NCBI GenBank assembly: GCA_016214895.1
Contig: JACRMR010000012.1
Span: 297,142 to 361,141, forward strand
DNA: 64,000 nucleotides
Origin: Candidatus Zhuqueibacterota bacterium
GTDB lineage: Bacteria; Electryoneota; RPQS01
Direction: 5' to 3'
Position 1 is the first letter of the stretch, and each line of letters opens with the position of its first letter. Under the pieces are notes generated by a model. That model was not told the DNA's origin, ran no database searches, and saw nothing but the letters and a program-made list of their open reading frames with translations. Positions 51,005 to 61,215 of the stretch are shown here, one piece after another. Made by a program: the position numbers and the translations under genes.

Positions 51005-51442
51005 ATGGCCGACAATCTGATCGAGAATTTCCTCCTCAATCAGGCCCCCGGCAACGCCGTCCTTAAGAAGACGCTGGATGCGAACGCCCTGCGGCAACGC
51101 ACACACGCGCAGAATATCGCCAATGCTGAGACGCCCGGGTACCGGCGGCTGGCCGTGGACTTCGAACAGCAGCTCAAGCAGGTGCTGGACGACGACATCG
51201 ACGGCATGGCACAGACCAATCCGCGCCACATGAACGGAAACGGCGCGCGCGTCGAGCTTGAGGCCCTTGCCGCAACGACGCGCACGGAACCGCTCGATCC
51301 GAACAGCCCGGGCATCAACGGCGTAAATATCGATCTCGAAATGGCCGAGATGGCCGAAACCCAGCTCCGCTATCTCACGTCGCTGGAACTTCTGAAACGC
51401 CGATATGCCGGCATCAAGGCCGCGATCAAAGGCCAACCGTAA
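51005..51442 (+). CDS. flgB: Flagellar basal-body rod protein FlgB homolog (orphan)
   Basis: Rod-protein N-terminal signature AQNIANAETPGYRR (consensus NIANANTPGY), a length of 145 aa, and a heptad-rich C-terminus. No flgC/fliE is adjacent. Confidence 0.7.
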   Translation: MADNLIENFLLNQAPGNAVLKKTLDANALRQRTHAQNIANAETPGYRRLAVDFEQQLKQVLDDDIDGMAQTNPRHMNGNGARVELEALAATTRTEPLDPNSPGINGVNIDLEMAEMAETQLRYLTSLELLKRRYAGIKAAIKGQP

Positions 51443-51461
51443 TCGCAAGGCAGATCAAGAC

Positions 51462-51496
51462 AAACGGGACAGCAGCGCTGTCCCGTTTGCATTTTC
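51462..51496. terminator. Bidirectional intrinsic terminator between flgB and convergent tyrA
   Basis: aaacgggacagc-agc-gctgtcccgttt followed by gcattttcg. Confidence 0.6.
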
Positions 51497-51514
51497 GATC
51501 CCCTGCTATTGCCG

Positions 51515-52705
51515 CTAAGGTCTAAGCCGCGCCGCGAAACCGTCTTCTTTCAAGATCTCAACGGCGCGCCGCGCATCGAGACGCGATTCCACCGTGACGT
51601 GCAGCGATCCGCCACGACCCTCGCGAACGAATAATACTCCAATGTCGCGAATGTTGATACGATGCGTAGCCAGCAGACTGGCAATCCTGGCTATGGCACC
51701 CGGACGGTCCGAAACCGTCACCGAGATCTCGCAATTCGCGTCCCAGTCGCCCGGCCGCTCCCGTAACAGCTTGCGCTGGAACTCGGCCGCGCTCATCCAC
51801 AGATCGTGCACGCGACCCGCCGCGATCGCCGCCTCAAATTCCTCCAGCGTCCGGCGAAGCTCCGCCAAACCCGCCAGCAGCGCGGATTGATTGGAACGGA
51901 GCGCCCCCTCCCACATTTCCGGCGGCAGCGCGGCCAAGGCCGTCGAGGACTGAAACGACCCCGTGGCGAGCTTCGACAACAGCGGCTCCGTTGACGATCG
52001 CATCGCCAGCCAATGCGACATTGCCAGCGCGACCATCAGCGGCACGTGCGTAGTCAGCGCGACAATCTGATCGTGACGATCCGGTTCCAGCGGCAGCGGG
52101 TACGCGCCCAGCATGCGAATCCACCAAAACAGCGTCTCGCGCGATTCCGCCGGAAGGTCAGGACGCGATGTCACCAACCAGTAAGCGTTCTCGAACAAGT
52201 TCGCATCGGCATTCGCGATCCCGGTGCGGTCCTTCCCCGCCAGCGGGTGTCCGCCAATATAGTGCGCGGACGACGGCGTCAGCTCGGCAACGCGCAGTAA
52301 TTCGGATTTCGTCGGACAGGTGTCCGTCACAATCGCCCCGGCCTTCGCTCGGGTCAATATGTCCGGCAGCAACCGTGCCGATGTTTCCACGGGTACGCAC
52401 AGGACAATCAGATCCGCATTGCCGATCGCCTCGGAAAGCTCGACCACTCCCCGATCGATGGCACCGCGGGCGAGCGCTTCATCCAAAACCTCCTGTCGAT
52501 CGCAGCCGATCACACTCCCGCCGTGCTCCATCGCCTTCATGCGCAATCCGATCGAGCCCCCGATCAACCCGACCCCAACGATCACAATCCGATCAAACTC
52601 GCGGCTAATTAGCGCCAGCGGATCGGGCAGAGTTAGCCCGTCTAACTCCACATGTTCCACTGCTTCGGGTTCGCCGATTCCGCTTTTCATCTCGTGATCG
52701 GTCAA
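51515..52705 (-). CDS. tyrA: Prephenate dehydrogenase (TyrA) with C-terminal ACT domain
   Basis: Rossmann GxGxxG (IVIVGVGLIGGSIG), the catalytic motif YIGGHPLAGKD, and a C-terminal ACT domain (ISVTVSDRPGAIARIASLLATHRINIRDIGV). Confidence 0.85.
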   Translation of the reverse strand: MTDHEMKSGIGEPEAVEHVELDGLTLPDPLALISREFDRIVIVGVGLIGGSIGLRMKAMEHGGSVIGCDRQEVLDEALARGAIDRGVVELSEAIGNADLIVLCVPVETSARLLPDILTRAKAGAIVTDTCPTKSELLRVAELTPSSAHYIGGHPLAGKDRTGIANADANLFENAYWLVTSRPDLPAESRETLFWWIRMLGAYPLPLEPDRHDQIVALTTHVPLMVALAMSHWLAMRSSTEPLLSKLATGSFQSSTALAALPPEMWEGALRSNQSALLAGLAELRRTLEEFEAAIAAGRVHDLWMSAAEFQRKLLRERPGDWDANCEISVTVSDRPGAIARIASLLATHRINIRDIGVLFVREGRGGSLHVTVESRLDARRAVEILKEDGFAARLRP

Positions 52706-52735
52706 CGCTCGCGATCCTCAGTCTGCGCCCACACC

Positions 52736-53827
52736 TTACCGAATTTCCGTGATCTTAAGCCCGGCGTTGCCGAGCGCCGTCGCCGCTCGCGATCTGTCCG
52801 CCGGTGAATTCAAGGTCAAACAGAACGTCCCCGCCGCCGCATCGTGCATCTTGTCCAGACTGGCGACGGTGATTCTGCACTCCGCCAAAATCTGCGCCGC
52901 CTTTTCCAACACCTTTGTGTCTCCGCCAGCCGCCAGCACGATCTCCCGTGACGCCTCCTGCGCCACTTCCGGATTGACCAGTTTGCCGCTGGCCCCCGCC
53001 AACTGCTCCAAGTGCTGCTCGAGACTCCCCGTGGCGACAGCTTCACGCAACGTTGCCAACTGCTTCAACAGTTGATCCAGCGCCTGCAAAACCGGTTCGC
53101 GATTATCCGCCACATCATGCGCCCATCCGGAAAACTGCATCTGTTGCAGCTCGCCCATCTGCTCCGCCAGCCACGCCCCCATGCTCGCGGAACTGACCGG
53201 CATGCCTCGCGCCGGATCCAACACATATTCGACCGCGGCCATCATGGCCAACCGCGGCGCCTGATTGATGTCCGCCAGCATTCGGTCGTGCGCTTGCGGA
53301 CTCATCGCCACCACGTTCGCTCCCAGCCGCTTCATCGCCTCCTGCAACTGCGAAAACGCATCCAGATCCGGCTTCCCGCGCGGCGTCAGGATGACGGTCT
53401 TATGCTCAAAGTAATACTGACTCGATTTCTCCAACTCGATCTGCACGTCCGCATCCCCGGCCAACCGAAAACCGACGTAGCTGACGTCTGTACGTTTCGA
53501 TTCGGCGAAGACCCGGTTCACGTCACCCTTGACCCGAGTCATCTCCGAGATGATCGTCCCCGGCTCGACGCAGGCCAAAACATCGCACAGTGAAATGCCC
53601 AGGGTCGCGGCTTCCCGTGACAAGATGACCAGACCCGCGCCCTTTACGGCCCGGGCAAGCTCCGGGGTTCCGTCGGTCACCACGCGAAGTTTCCAGGCCT
53701 GCTGGACTGTCGCATTGTCGGCCACCCCGACGATGCCGCCCTGGTACCCGGTCCGCTTCATGCCCAAGGCGAAACTGCCGACCATGCCGTCCAGGCCTAT
53801 GAAGCACATGCGATTACATAGTGCCAT
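52736..53827 (-). CDS. TyrA-fold/ACT paralog with degenerate NAD-binding and catalytic motifs (putative pseudo-dehydrogenase)
   Basis: It is collinear with TyrA, but GxGxxG becomes IGLDGMVGS and the HPLAG motif becomes YVGFRLAGD (no His). It retains an ACT-like C-terminus. Confidence 0.55.
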   Translation of the reverse strand: MALCNRMCFIGLDGMVGSFALGMKRTGYQGGIVGVADNATVQQAWKLRVVTDGTPELARAVKGAGLVILSREAATLGISLCDVLACVEPGTIISEMTRVKGDVNRVFAESKRTDVSYVGFRLAGDADVQIELEKSSQYYFEHKTVILTPRGKPDLDAFSQLQEAMKRLGANVVAMSPQAHDRMLADINQAPRLAMMAAVEYVLDPARGMPVSSASMGAWLAEQMGELQQMQFSGWAHDVADNREPVLQALDQLLKQLATLREAVATGSLEQHLEQLAGASGKLVNPEVAQEASREIVLAAGGDTKVLEKAAQILAECRITVASLDKMHDAAAGTFCLTLNSPADRSRAATALGNAGLKITEIR

Positions 53828-54043
53828 ACCTGCCTACTCCACGGTTGTTCTCAAGCCGAAATTATCCGACCCAAGATGCGCAATTCCCGCGCCACCCATC
53901 CCACCGTATCGTAAATATAACAAATCATAAGGAGGAGCGCAAGGGAATCGACCCCATCAGACTCACTGATCCTCGCCAGACCCAAAAGACAAGGCGGACA
54001 ACTGCCCGCCTTACCGTCAAACTGCCCGCACTATCCCCCCGCC

Positions 54044-55546
54044 TCAGCCGACCGGTACGTCCGCACCCCGCAGGAGTTCCTTGGCCCGGATGACCTGTTC
54101 CCGCTTGGTCAGGGTAACCCAAAGCGTCAGCCCACTTGGCGTTTCCTCGCGATCAATCCGCTCAATTTCGATCCGATTCTGCGTCAGGAGCTGAGCCGCC
54201 GTCTGCAACGTGTGGACGTCGTGCCCGCAGGAAATTGAAAACGTCGGCGAAAGATCCTGCTCAGCCTCGACGCTCGCCGGGGCGAGATCCGAACTGCCGG
54301 TTCCCACCGCCGAATCGCCGAAACCAGCGCTCAGCGAGCCATAGTCGTCTGAAACCCAGCCGTGGTGCGCGTCGGGTCGTTGTTCCGCGGAGGTCTCCGG
54401 CGCCGAAACGGACGGTGCTGAATCCTGAGATTCGTGTGCAGCGGCCAACGTCGAGATCTCACCGCGCCCGGTGCGTTCCGGCTCCACGGCCTGCGCCCGC
54501 AGGATATCCTCGACGGTGCGCCGCGTGTTTTCAATCAGCTCATACAACGATTGGACACTGACCCCTTGGCGAACCGGCATCCGCTTGACGACCTTGATCG
54601 CGCTCTCGAGCATCTCAACCAACGCTTCCGGCGAAGCCTCCATCGCGGCCGGTGGCAGCGCTGCCAGTCGCGCTCCCGCCGGGTTGGTCAAACTCTTCAG
54701 TTCATTTGCCTGACGGTGAGTGCTCGAGGCAATCTCGTGCATCTTGTCCTGCGTCAGCTCACCGATCAGAGCCGCCAGCTGCTGTTGGCAGCCCTCGAGT
54801 GCCGCCAAGACGTTGGACTTGTTGTGAAACAAGTTGGACGACCAAATCTCCGAAGCCGACCGTCCCATCGCCGCGAAGTCGCCAAAGAGCTGGTAGCTCT
54901 CGGCCACCGTGTCGGTGCCCGTCGCATCCAGCTTGTTCGTGAGGTAGCGCATGAAAGGAATCCGCACCAATTGCGGAAGCTGCACGAATTCCGCCATCTG
55001 CCGGTCATGAAGCTGCGGACTCGTCGCGATCACCGTGGCGCCGCAGTGCCGAAACATGTCCGATAACAGGCTAAAGACATTTAGGTCCTCAATCGTGAGC
55101 GGCGATAGCGACACCCGTTGGCCGTTGAAGAAATCGGCCGAGGCCCCGTCGAGCGCTTCGCCCCAATCCAACGAGCCGCCCAGGGCTACGCTCACATAGT
55201 GGAAATCCGTCCGGTCGAGTTCTCTAACTACCCGCGACACTTCTGTCATGGTTCGCCCATGGCCGCAGATCACCGCACGCGGATCACACGAAATGATGAC
55301 CTCCCGTAAATTCCACGGAGAGCCGTTCTCCCCCGTTCCCAGCAACAGAATGTCGGAACCGTGGATTCCCTCCAGAAAGCTATCTACGCAGGAGTCCGCG
55401 ACGCCGCTGCTCACCCACTGCTGGCCGACCTCCGCGCCCGCCACACAGATGACCTCGACCCCCGGTGAATATTGCCGGATGGCCAGGGCGAGGGTTCCCG
55501 CCCAGTGATCGGGTCCAATTACGCAAACTCGCGTAAACCTTAGCAT
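54044..55546 (-). CDS. TyrA-fold/ACT paralog with degenerate motifs and a long low-complexity linker (putative pseudo-dehydrogenase)
   Basis: The N-terminus VCVIGPDHWAGTLALAI (GxDxxxG), with YVSVALGGS replacing HPLAG. ADFFNGQRVSLSPLT aligns to ANLFENAYWLVT of TyrA. An acidic/Ser-rich linker precedes a C-terminal ACT-like domain. Confidence 0.5.
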   Translation of the reverse strand: MLRFTRVCVIGPDHWAGTLALAIRQYSPGVEVICVAGAEVGQQWVSSGVADSCVDSFLEGIHGSDILLLGTGENGSPWNLREVIISCDPRAVICGHGRTMTEVSRVVRELDRTDFHYVSVALGGSLDWGEALDGASADFFNGQRVSLSPLTIEDLNVFSLLSDMFRHCGATVIATSPQLHDRQMAEFVQLPQLVRIPFMRYLTNKLDATGTDTVAESYQLFGDFAAMGRSASEIWSSNLFHNKSNVLAALEGCQQQLAALIGELTQDKMHEIASSTHRQANELKSLTNPAGARLAALPPAAMEASPEALVEMLESAIKVVKRMPVRQGVSVQSLYELIENTRRTVEDILRAQAVEPERTGRGEISTLAAAHESQDSAPSVSAPETSAEQRPDAHHGWVSDDYGSLSAGFGDSAVGTGSSDLAPASVEAEQDLSPTFSISCGHDVHTLQTAAQLLTQNRIEIERIDREETPSGLTLWVTLTKREQVIRAKELLRGADVPVG

Positions 55547-55780
55547 TGACTACTCCTTACAGATTTTATTGAACACAGACGATCCGACTATTGCAAATGC
55601 AATACCCGTTGCTATGCGACCGGACCACGACATCGGCAGCGCCACCACGAAACATTGAGTCGTCGTGGGCCGAGTTCACGACGGCCGTTGCTTCGCTCGT
55701 CAGACGCGGGACGAAAAAAGACGACTGTTTCCAGTCGTCCAATCAGCTTCGCCAGCCCCCGTCGATTCCAGTCGATCTAT

Positions 55781-56206
55781 CTACTTCGCTCGATAGTCCG
55801 CCAGGCATGTCTCGAGCGTCGTCCACGGCAAACTCGCGCACTTCACTCGCACAGGAAGCTTCGACACGCCGGCGAGAGCTTCGATATCGCCAAGGTCAAC
55901 CGTCGTCGGTGGCTCCCCATCGCGCAAAAAATCGCGAACCGCCGCAATCCAAACCTCCAGCTCCGCCATCGTCTTGCCTTGCACGGCCTCCGTCAGCATC
56001 GACGCCGACGCCGTCGAGATCGCGCAACCCTTGCCGTCAAAGGAAATCTCAACCAGCCGGTCGCCGTCGAACCGCAGGTCCAACACCAATTCGTCACCGC
56101 AAAGCGGATTCAGGCCTTCCGCGCTGACTGTCGGATCCGTCAACCGCCCCCGATACCGCGGCAGCCGATAGTGATCCAGCAGAATGTCGCTGTAAAGATC
56201 AGGCAA
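55781..56206 (-). CDS. sufU: SUF Fe-S cluster assembly scaffold SufU (NifU/IscU-like)
   Basis: LNPLCGDEL...GKGCAISTASASML...KCASLPW conserved Cys ligands, and a length of 141 aa. Confidence 0.85.
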   Translation of the reverse strand: MPDLYSDILLDHYRLPRYRGRLTDPTVSAEGLNPLCGDELVLDLRFDGDRLVEISFDGKGCAISTASASMLTEAVQGKTMAELEVWIAAVRDFLRDGEPPTTVDLGDIEALAGVSKLPVRVKCASLPWTTLETCLADYRAK

Positions 56207-57422
56207 CGGAAAGCACCTGTCTTACTTTGCGAACCGCGTCCACTAACAGATCAATCTCTGCCTCGGTGTTGTACAGATAAAAACTGGCGCGCGCTGTCGC
56301 GACCACGCCCAACCAACGCATCAGCGGCTGAGCGCAATGGTGACCGGCGCGAATCGCAATCCCCTCGCGATCCAACAGGCCCGCCGCGTCGTGCGCATGC
56401 ACACCGTCAATATTAAACGTCACCATGGACGACCGCTCCAGTGCCGGGCCGTACACCGTTACCCCCGGTGTCGCGGTCAACGCGTCGTAAGCATAGGTGG
56501 ACAGATGATAATCGTGCGCGTGAATCCAATCCATCCCGATCACGTCGAGATAGCGAATCGCCTCCGCCAGACCTACGGCCTCCACAATCGGCGGAGTTCC
56601 CGCCTCAAACTTGTAAGGCAATTCATTCCACGTCGAGTGATCGAGAAACACCTCGCGAATCATCTCCCCGCCCGTCAGGAACGGATCCATGTCCTCCAGA
56701 ATCTCCGGCTTGCCCCACAGGACTCCGATCCCGGTCGGACCCAGCATCTTGTGCCCGGAAAAGGCGTAAAAATCCGCGTCAATCTCCGTAATGTCCACCG
56801 GCATATGTGGTACCGCTTGCGCGCCGTCGACCAGCACCCGCGCCCCCACGCGGTGAGCAAGCTCCGTAATCTCGCGAACCGGGTTGATCGTACCCAGGAC
56901 ATTCGATACATGCGTCAGTGCCACGAGCGCGACCGAACCGTCCAGCAACTTCCGGCCCGCATCCATGTCCAGCGTCCCGTCTTCGCGCAGCGGCCAAAAG
57001 CGCAATTCCGCACCCACGGCCTTCGCCACGATTTGCCACGGGACCAAATTCGCGTGATGTTCGAGCGGCGTCAGCAGAATCGCCTGCCCATGCTTGATGA
57101 AACGCCGACCAAAGGAGTGCGCCACCAGATTGATCGACTCCGTCGTCCCGCGCGTGAAGATCACGCCCCGCGAGTCCGGCGCCTTAATGAAATCCCGCAC
57201 GGTCCCACGCGCCGCTTCATAATCCGCCGTTGCGCGCTCACCCAGTGTATGCACGCCGCGGTGAACATTCGAATATCGCGATTCGCAAAATCGACAATGC
57301 GAGTCCAGCACCGCCATCGGCTTCTGCGAACTCGCCGCGCTGTCCAAATATACCAATGGCCGGCCGTTGACCTTCACATTCAGTATCGGAAAGTCCCGGC
57401 GAATCTCGGCAACCGTCTTCAT
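56199..57422 (-). CDS. sufS: Cysteine desulfurase SufS
   Basis: Class V aminotransferase, group II desulfurase pattern (YLDSAASSQKP...SGHKMLGPTGIGVLWG...RAGHHCAQPL). The start is taken at MKTVAEIRRDFPIL. Confidence 0.9.
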   Translation of the reverse strand: MKTVAEIRRDFPILNVKVNGRPLVYLDSAASSQKPMAVLDSHCRFCESRYSNVHRGVHTLGERATADYEAARGTVRDFIKAPDSRGVIFTRGTTESINLVAHSFGRRFIKHGQAILLTPLEHHANLVPWQIVAKAVGAELRFWPLREDGTLDMDAGRKLLDGSVALVALTHVSNVLGTINPVREITELAHRVGARVLVDGAQAVPHMPVDITEIDADFYAFSGHKMLGPTGIGVLWGKPEILEDMDPFLTGGEMIREVFLDHSTWNELPYKFEAGTPPIVEAVGLAEAIRYLDVIGMDWIHAHDYHLSTYAYDALTATPGVTVYGPALERSSMVTFNIDGVHAHDAAGLLDREGIAIRAGHHCAQPLMRWLGVVATARASFYLYNTEAEIDLLVDAVRKVRQVLSVA

Positions 57423-57468
57423 AGTGCGATCCCGCCCCTGACGTGTGTGCTCTGCACACAACGCTTGT

Positions 57469-57837
57469 TCATTTCGTCCCGCCGTCCGCCGGTGCCGCCG
57501 CGGGAATCAAGACCAGAACTTCGTCTCCCCGCACCTCCACCGCAAACGTTTGCAGTGGCTCCGTCGCCGGCAGCGACAGCGCCTCGCCCGTTGCCAAATC
57601 AAACATCGCCCCGTGCCGCGGGCACTCCACGTGGCACCCCTCCAACCAACCGTCAGCCAGCGATTCATCCTCGTGCGTGCAGTGACTGCTGGTCGCAAAC
57701 CACTGGCCGTCGCTCCGAAAAACGACCAACTGCAGCGGTCCAACGTTGAACGACTTGCCGCCGTCCCGCTTGAATTCAGCTTTCGAACAAATCCGCACCC
57801 ACTCCCCGTCCGACCGACCAACCTTCGCAGTATCCAA
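57469..57837 (-). CDS. Rieske [2Fe-2S] ferredoxin-like protein in suf cluster
   Basis: CTHEDESL ... CPRHGAMF, i.e. the Rieske CxH-(15-17)-CxxH motif, and a length of 122 aa. Confidence 0.8.
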   Translation of the reverse strand: MDTAKVGRSDGEWVRICSKAEFKRDGGKSFNVGPLQLVVFRSDGQWFATSSHCTHEDESLADGWLEGCHVECPRHGAMFDLATGEALSLPATEPLQTFAVEVRGDEVLVLIPAAAPADGGTK

Positions 57838-57985
57838 GTGGCTCCTCTACGCCGTGAAGTTCTTGTGCGACCGACGCCGAATTGCTACTGACCCGCTTCC
57901 GGCCTACTTATTGCAAATCGGATAAAAGACGTCAGATTCTATCTATCCACCAACAGGGGTCACCAAAGTTCTCGCGAGGTAATCG

Positions 57986-58555
57986 ATGACAAAGTCCAGA
58001 ATCCTGATCCTGCTCATGACCGCCCTGGCGCTCGCCACCGGCTGTTCCGACGACGAAGCAACTACCACCATCCCGCCAGCGGTTCCCAGTGATGATCAAC
58101 TTCTCGCCGGGCCGGAATCAGGCAAGCAATTTGTCCGCTGGAATTCCGTCGGACTGGAACGTGTTCACGCCAGTGGTGCGACGGTCGAAGGCTGGTGCTA
58201 TCCCGCTCAGGAAACCAATCTCGAAATCCTGCTCATGGCCGGATATTCCGTCCCGGTTGGCGCGACACCGGGCGACTCGCTTCACTGTTCGCTCACCGTC
58301 GCGGACACCACCTATTCGCAAACCGACTTCCTGCCCGAAGGCATTACGTGGAACGACTCGGTGATCTACTGGTGTGACACCTCGTGCGTGCACATCCCCC
58401 CCGGCAGCAGTGCCGCGGACATCTGTTTCTATTGGTACAATCCGGCTTCCGGTGAATTCAAGCAAATCACGACCGCCGTCGTGGAAACGCATTGGGTGGC
58501 TAAGACGCTGCATTTCTCCCGCTACATTCTCGGCCAAAAACGCTCCGCAAACTGA
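57986..58555 (+). CDS. Hypothetical lipoprotein (opposite strand, interrupts suf cluster)
   Basis: Lipoprotein signal MTKSRILILLMTALALATGC. The antisense alternative ORF is composition-poor. Confidence 0.45.
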   Translation: MTKSRILILLMTALALATGCSDDEATTTIPPAVPSDDQLLAGPESGKQFVRWNSVGLERVHASGATVEGWCYPAQETNLEILLMAGYSVPVGATPGDSLHCSLTVADTTYSQTDFLPEGITWNDSVIYWCDTSCVHIPPGSSAADICFYWYNPASGEFKQITTAVVETHWVAKTLHFSRYILGQKRSAN

Positions 58556-58615
58556 GCGCGGCCGCCGCGAAAACGGAGATCGTACTCACGCGGGACCTCA
58601 CGGTCCCGCGGCTGT

Positions 58616-59812
58616 TTAGAGTCGCACCGCCTCGCCGATGGAAGCCATCACGGCGTCGCGCCAGCGCTCTTGAACCGTTCCAACCGGGACCTTCTGAATG
58701 ACCTCTTCGGCAAATCCGGTCGCGATCACGCGCAGGGCCTGACCCCGCGACAGCCCGCGACTTTGCAGGTAGAACAGCTGGTCCCGGTTCAAGGACCCCA
58801 TCGACGCGCCATGCGTACAGCGCACATCGTCCGCAATGATCTCGAGCTTCGGAATGGCGTCCGCGTGCGTTCCCGGTTCGAGTAGCAGGTTGCGGCACTG
58901 TTGGTACGCGTCGGTCTTCTGCGACTGCTGCGGTACGGAGATCAGTCCCTGATAAACCGAATGCGAGCGTCCTGACAGCAGCGTCTTGAACGTCAGGTCC
59001 GACTTGCACCGCGGCGCGCCATGATACTGATGAGTGCGATGATCCGCTCGCGCATCGCCGCTGCCCGCGAACAGCCCCTGAATCCGCCCCGACGAGTTCG
59101 GCCCCAACAACATTAGTTCCATCCGCGCCACATGCCAGGCCGCGCCCTGCGTGAAGGAGTACCAGGTCACAGCGGAATCCTGCGCCACCTGAACTCGCGC
59201 GCGGCGGTAGAGCGCAGCGCGGGCGCCGCACCAATCCTCCTGCACATAGTTAAGACGCGCGCCCGCTTCCACCATGATCTCGGTCCGCCCCACCGTTACC
59301 GCATCGTCCGACGCCGGCAGCCAGCGATCAACAATCGTTGCCTCAGCGTCACGCTCCACAACGACCAAGGTCGTGAACGTCGATAGCCCCGGGCCGGAGC
59401 TGCGCTGCTGGAGTTCAATCGTCTCGCCCGACCAAGCCCGCGGAACCCTGATGATCACGGGAGCACGGCAGAAGGCTTTGTGATAGTACAGGAATTTGGC
59501 GTCGTAGTCGTCACCGGGAATCGTCAGCAGTTGCCGCATAGATTCCGCGCCTGCTGACGCAAGCGGCGACGCCAACGCGGCGGGCAGATGCGTCGTCGTT
59601 TCGTGAAGGGAGGTCGCCGCCTCGACCTGTTCGGTCCGCGGCCACGGGAACTGGTCGGGATCGGTCTTTCGCCAATCCTCTTCGAGCCGTGACGGGATCG
59701 CTGCCGAGCGGGCCTGCTCCAAGGCATGCAACCGCTGCTCAGGGGTCCACAGCGGGTGCGGGATCGACTCTATAAACGCGCTGCTGCGGGGATGCGACGT
59801 CGTCTCAGCCAA
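58616..59812 (-). CDS. sufD: Fe-S cluster assembly protein SufD
   Basis: SufB/SufD family beta-helix pattern, a length of 398 aa, and a start overlapping the sufB stop. Confidence 0.8.
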   Translation of the reverse strand: MAETTSHPRSSAFIESIPHPLWTPEQRLHALEQARSAAIPSRLEEDWRKTDPDQFPWPRTEQVEAATSLHETTTHLPAALASPLASAGAESMRQLLTIPGDDYDAKFLYYHKAFCRAPVIIRVPRAWSGETIELQQRSSGPGLSTFTTLVVVERDAEATIVDRWLPASDDAVTVGRTEIMVEAGARLNYVQEDWCGARAALYRRARVQVAQDSAVTWYSFTQGAAWHVARMELMLLGPNSSGRIQGLFAGSGDARADHRTHQYHGAPRCKSDLTFKTLLSGRSHSVYQGLISVPQQSQKTDAYQQCRNLLLEPGTHADAIPKLEIIADDVRCTHGASMGSLNRDQLFYLQSRGLSRGQALRVIATGFAEEVIQKVPVGTVQERWRDAVMASIGEAVRL

Positions 59813-61214
59813 CGGAACCCTCCATCTGCAATTGGATCAGCCGGTTCATCTCGAGCGCGTACTCCATCGGCAACTCCTTGACCACCGGCTCGATAAATCC
59901 GCGCACAATTAACGTCATCGCGTCGGCCTCCGAAATGCCGCGACTCATCAGATAGAAGATCTGCTCGTCGCCGATCTTCGAGACCGTTGCCTCGTGACCC
60001 AGCTCGACCTTGTCCTCCTGAATATTCATGTACGGATACGTGTCGCTGCGGCTGTGATCGTCAAGCAATAATGCATCGCAGCTCACGTTCGACTTCGAGT
60101 TCTCCGCGCCTTTGCTCACCTCCACGAGGCCGCGATAAGACGTCCGCCCGCCGCCGCGCGAAATCGATTTCGACACGATGACCGAGGTCGTCTCCGGCGC
60201 GTGATGAATCACCTTCGCGCCCGCCTCCGTATGCATCCCCGGCCCCGCGTAGGCCACCGACAGAATGTCCGCGCGCGCATGCCGCCCCATCATGTAAACC
60301 GACGGATACTTCATTGTCACCTTCGAACCGAGATTGCAATCAACCCACTCCATCGTCGCATCTTCTTCCGCCAGCGTACGCTTCGTCACGAGATTGTACA
60401 CGTTCTTCGACCAGTTCTGAATCGTGGTGTACCGCACCCGCGAGTGCTTCTTCGCGTAGATCTCCACCACCGCGCTGTGCAGCGAATCCGAAGAATACAC
60501 CGGCGCCGTGCAGCCCTCCACGTAGTGCACGTTCGAGCCTTCGTCCGCGATGATCAGCGTGCGCTCAAACTGCCCGACATTCTTCGCGTTGATCCGGAAG
60601 TAGGCCTGCAGCGGAATCGTCACATGCACGCCCTTCGGCACATAGATGAAACTGCCGCCCGACCAGACCGCCGTATTCAGCGCCGCGAGCTTATTATCGC
60701 CCGCCGGAATCAACTTGTTGAAATACTCCTGAAACAGATCGGGATACTCGCGCAAGCCGGAATCGGTGTCAAGAAAGATGACTCCCAGTTTCGACCACTC
60801 TTTCTGCAGAGAGTGGTACACGACTTCCGAATCATACTGCGCACCGACACCGGCCAGAAATTTCTTCTCGGCCTCGGGAATCCCCAGCTTGTCGTAAGTG
60901 TCCCGAATCTCTTCCGGTACCGCGTCCCAGTTGGATTCGACGCGTTCGTTTGACCGCACGTAGTAGTGAATATCGTCGTAGTTGATCCCCGATAAGTCCG
61001 GCCCCCAGTTCGGAGACGCCTTCCGCACGAAATAGTCGAGGCCCTTCAGACGCAGTTTGCGCATCCAGTCCGGTTCGCTCTTCATCTCGGAGATCTCTTC
61101 GACCACCTTGCGCGACAACCCTTTGGGCAGCTTCACCGTCGACTTATCTTCGTCGTGAAAACCGTAGCGGTCGTAGTTGTCCAGATCGAGCTCGAACTTC
61201 TTGTCCTTTTCCAT
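59805..61214 (-). CDS. sufB: Fe-S cluster assembly protein SufB
   Basis: Highly conserved SufB sequence (…[34 protein letters not shown]…), and a length of 469 aa. Confidence 0.9.
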   Translation of the reverse strand: MEKDKKFELDLDNYDRYGFHDEDKSTVKLPKGLSRKVVEEISEMKSEPDWMRKLRLKGLDYFVRKASPNWGPDLSGINYDDIHYYVRSNERVESNWDAVPEEIRDTYDKLGIPEAEKKFLAGVGAQYDSEVVYHSLQKEWSKLGVIFLDTDSGLREYPDLFQEYFNKLIPAGDNKLAALNTAVWSGGSFIYVPKGVHVTIPLQAYFRINAKNVGQFERTLIIADEGSNVHYVEGCTAPVYSSDSLHSAVVEIYAKKHSRVRYTTIQNWSKNVYNLVTKRTLAEEDATMEWVDCNLGSKVTMKYPSVYMMGRHARADILSVAYAGPGMHTEAGAKVIHHAPETTSVIVSKSISRGGGRTSYRGLVEVSKGAENSKSNVSCDALLLDDHSRSDTYPYMNIQEDKVELGHEATVSKIGDEQIFYLMSRGISEADAMTLIVRGFIEPVVKELPMEYALEMNRLIQLQMEGSVG

Positions 61215-61215
61215 C

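Noticed and set aside
56337-57749. 470-aa + strand ORF
   Set aside because: It is antisense to sufS and the Rieske gene.
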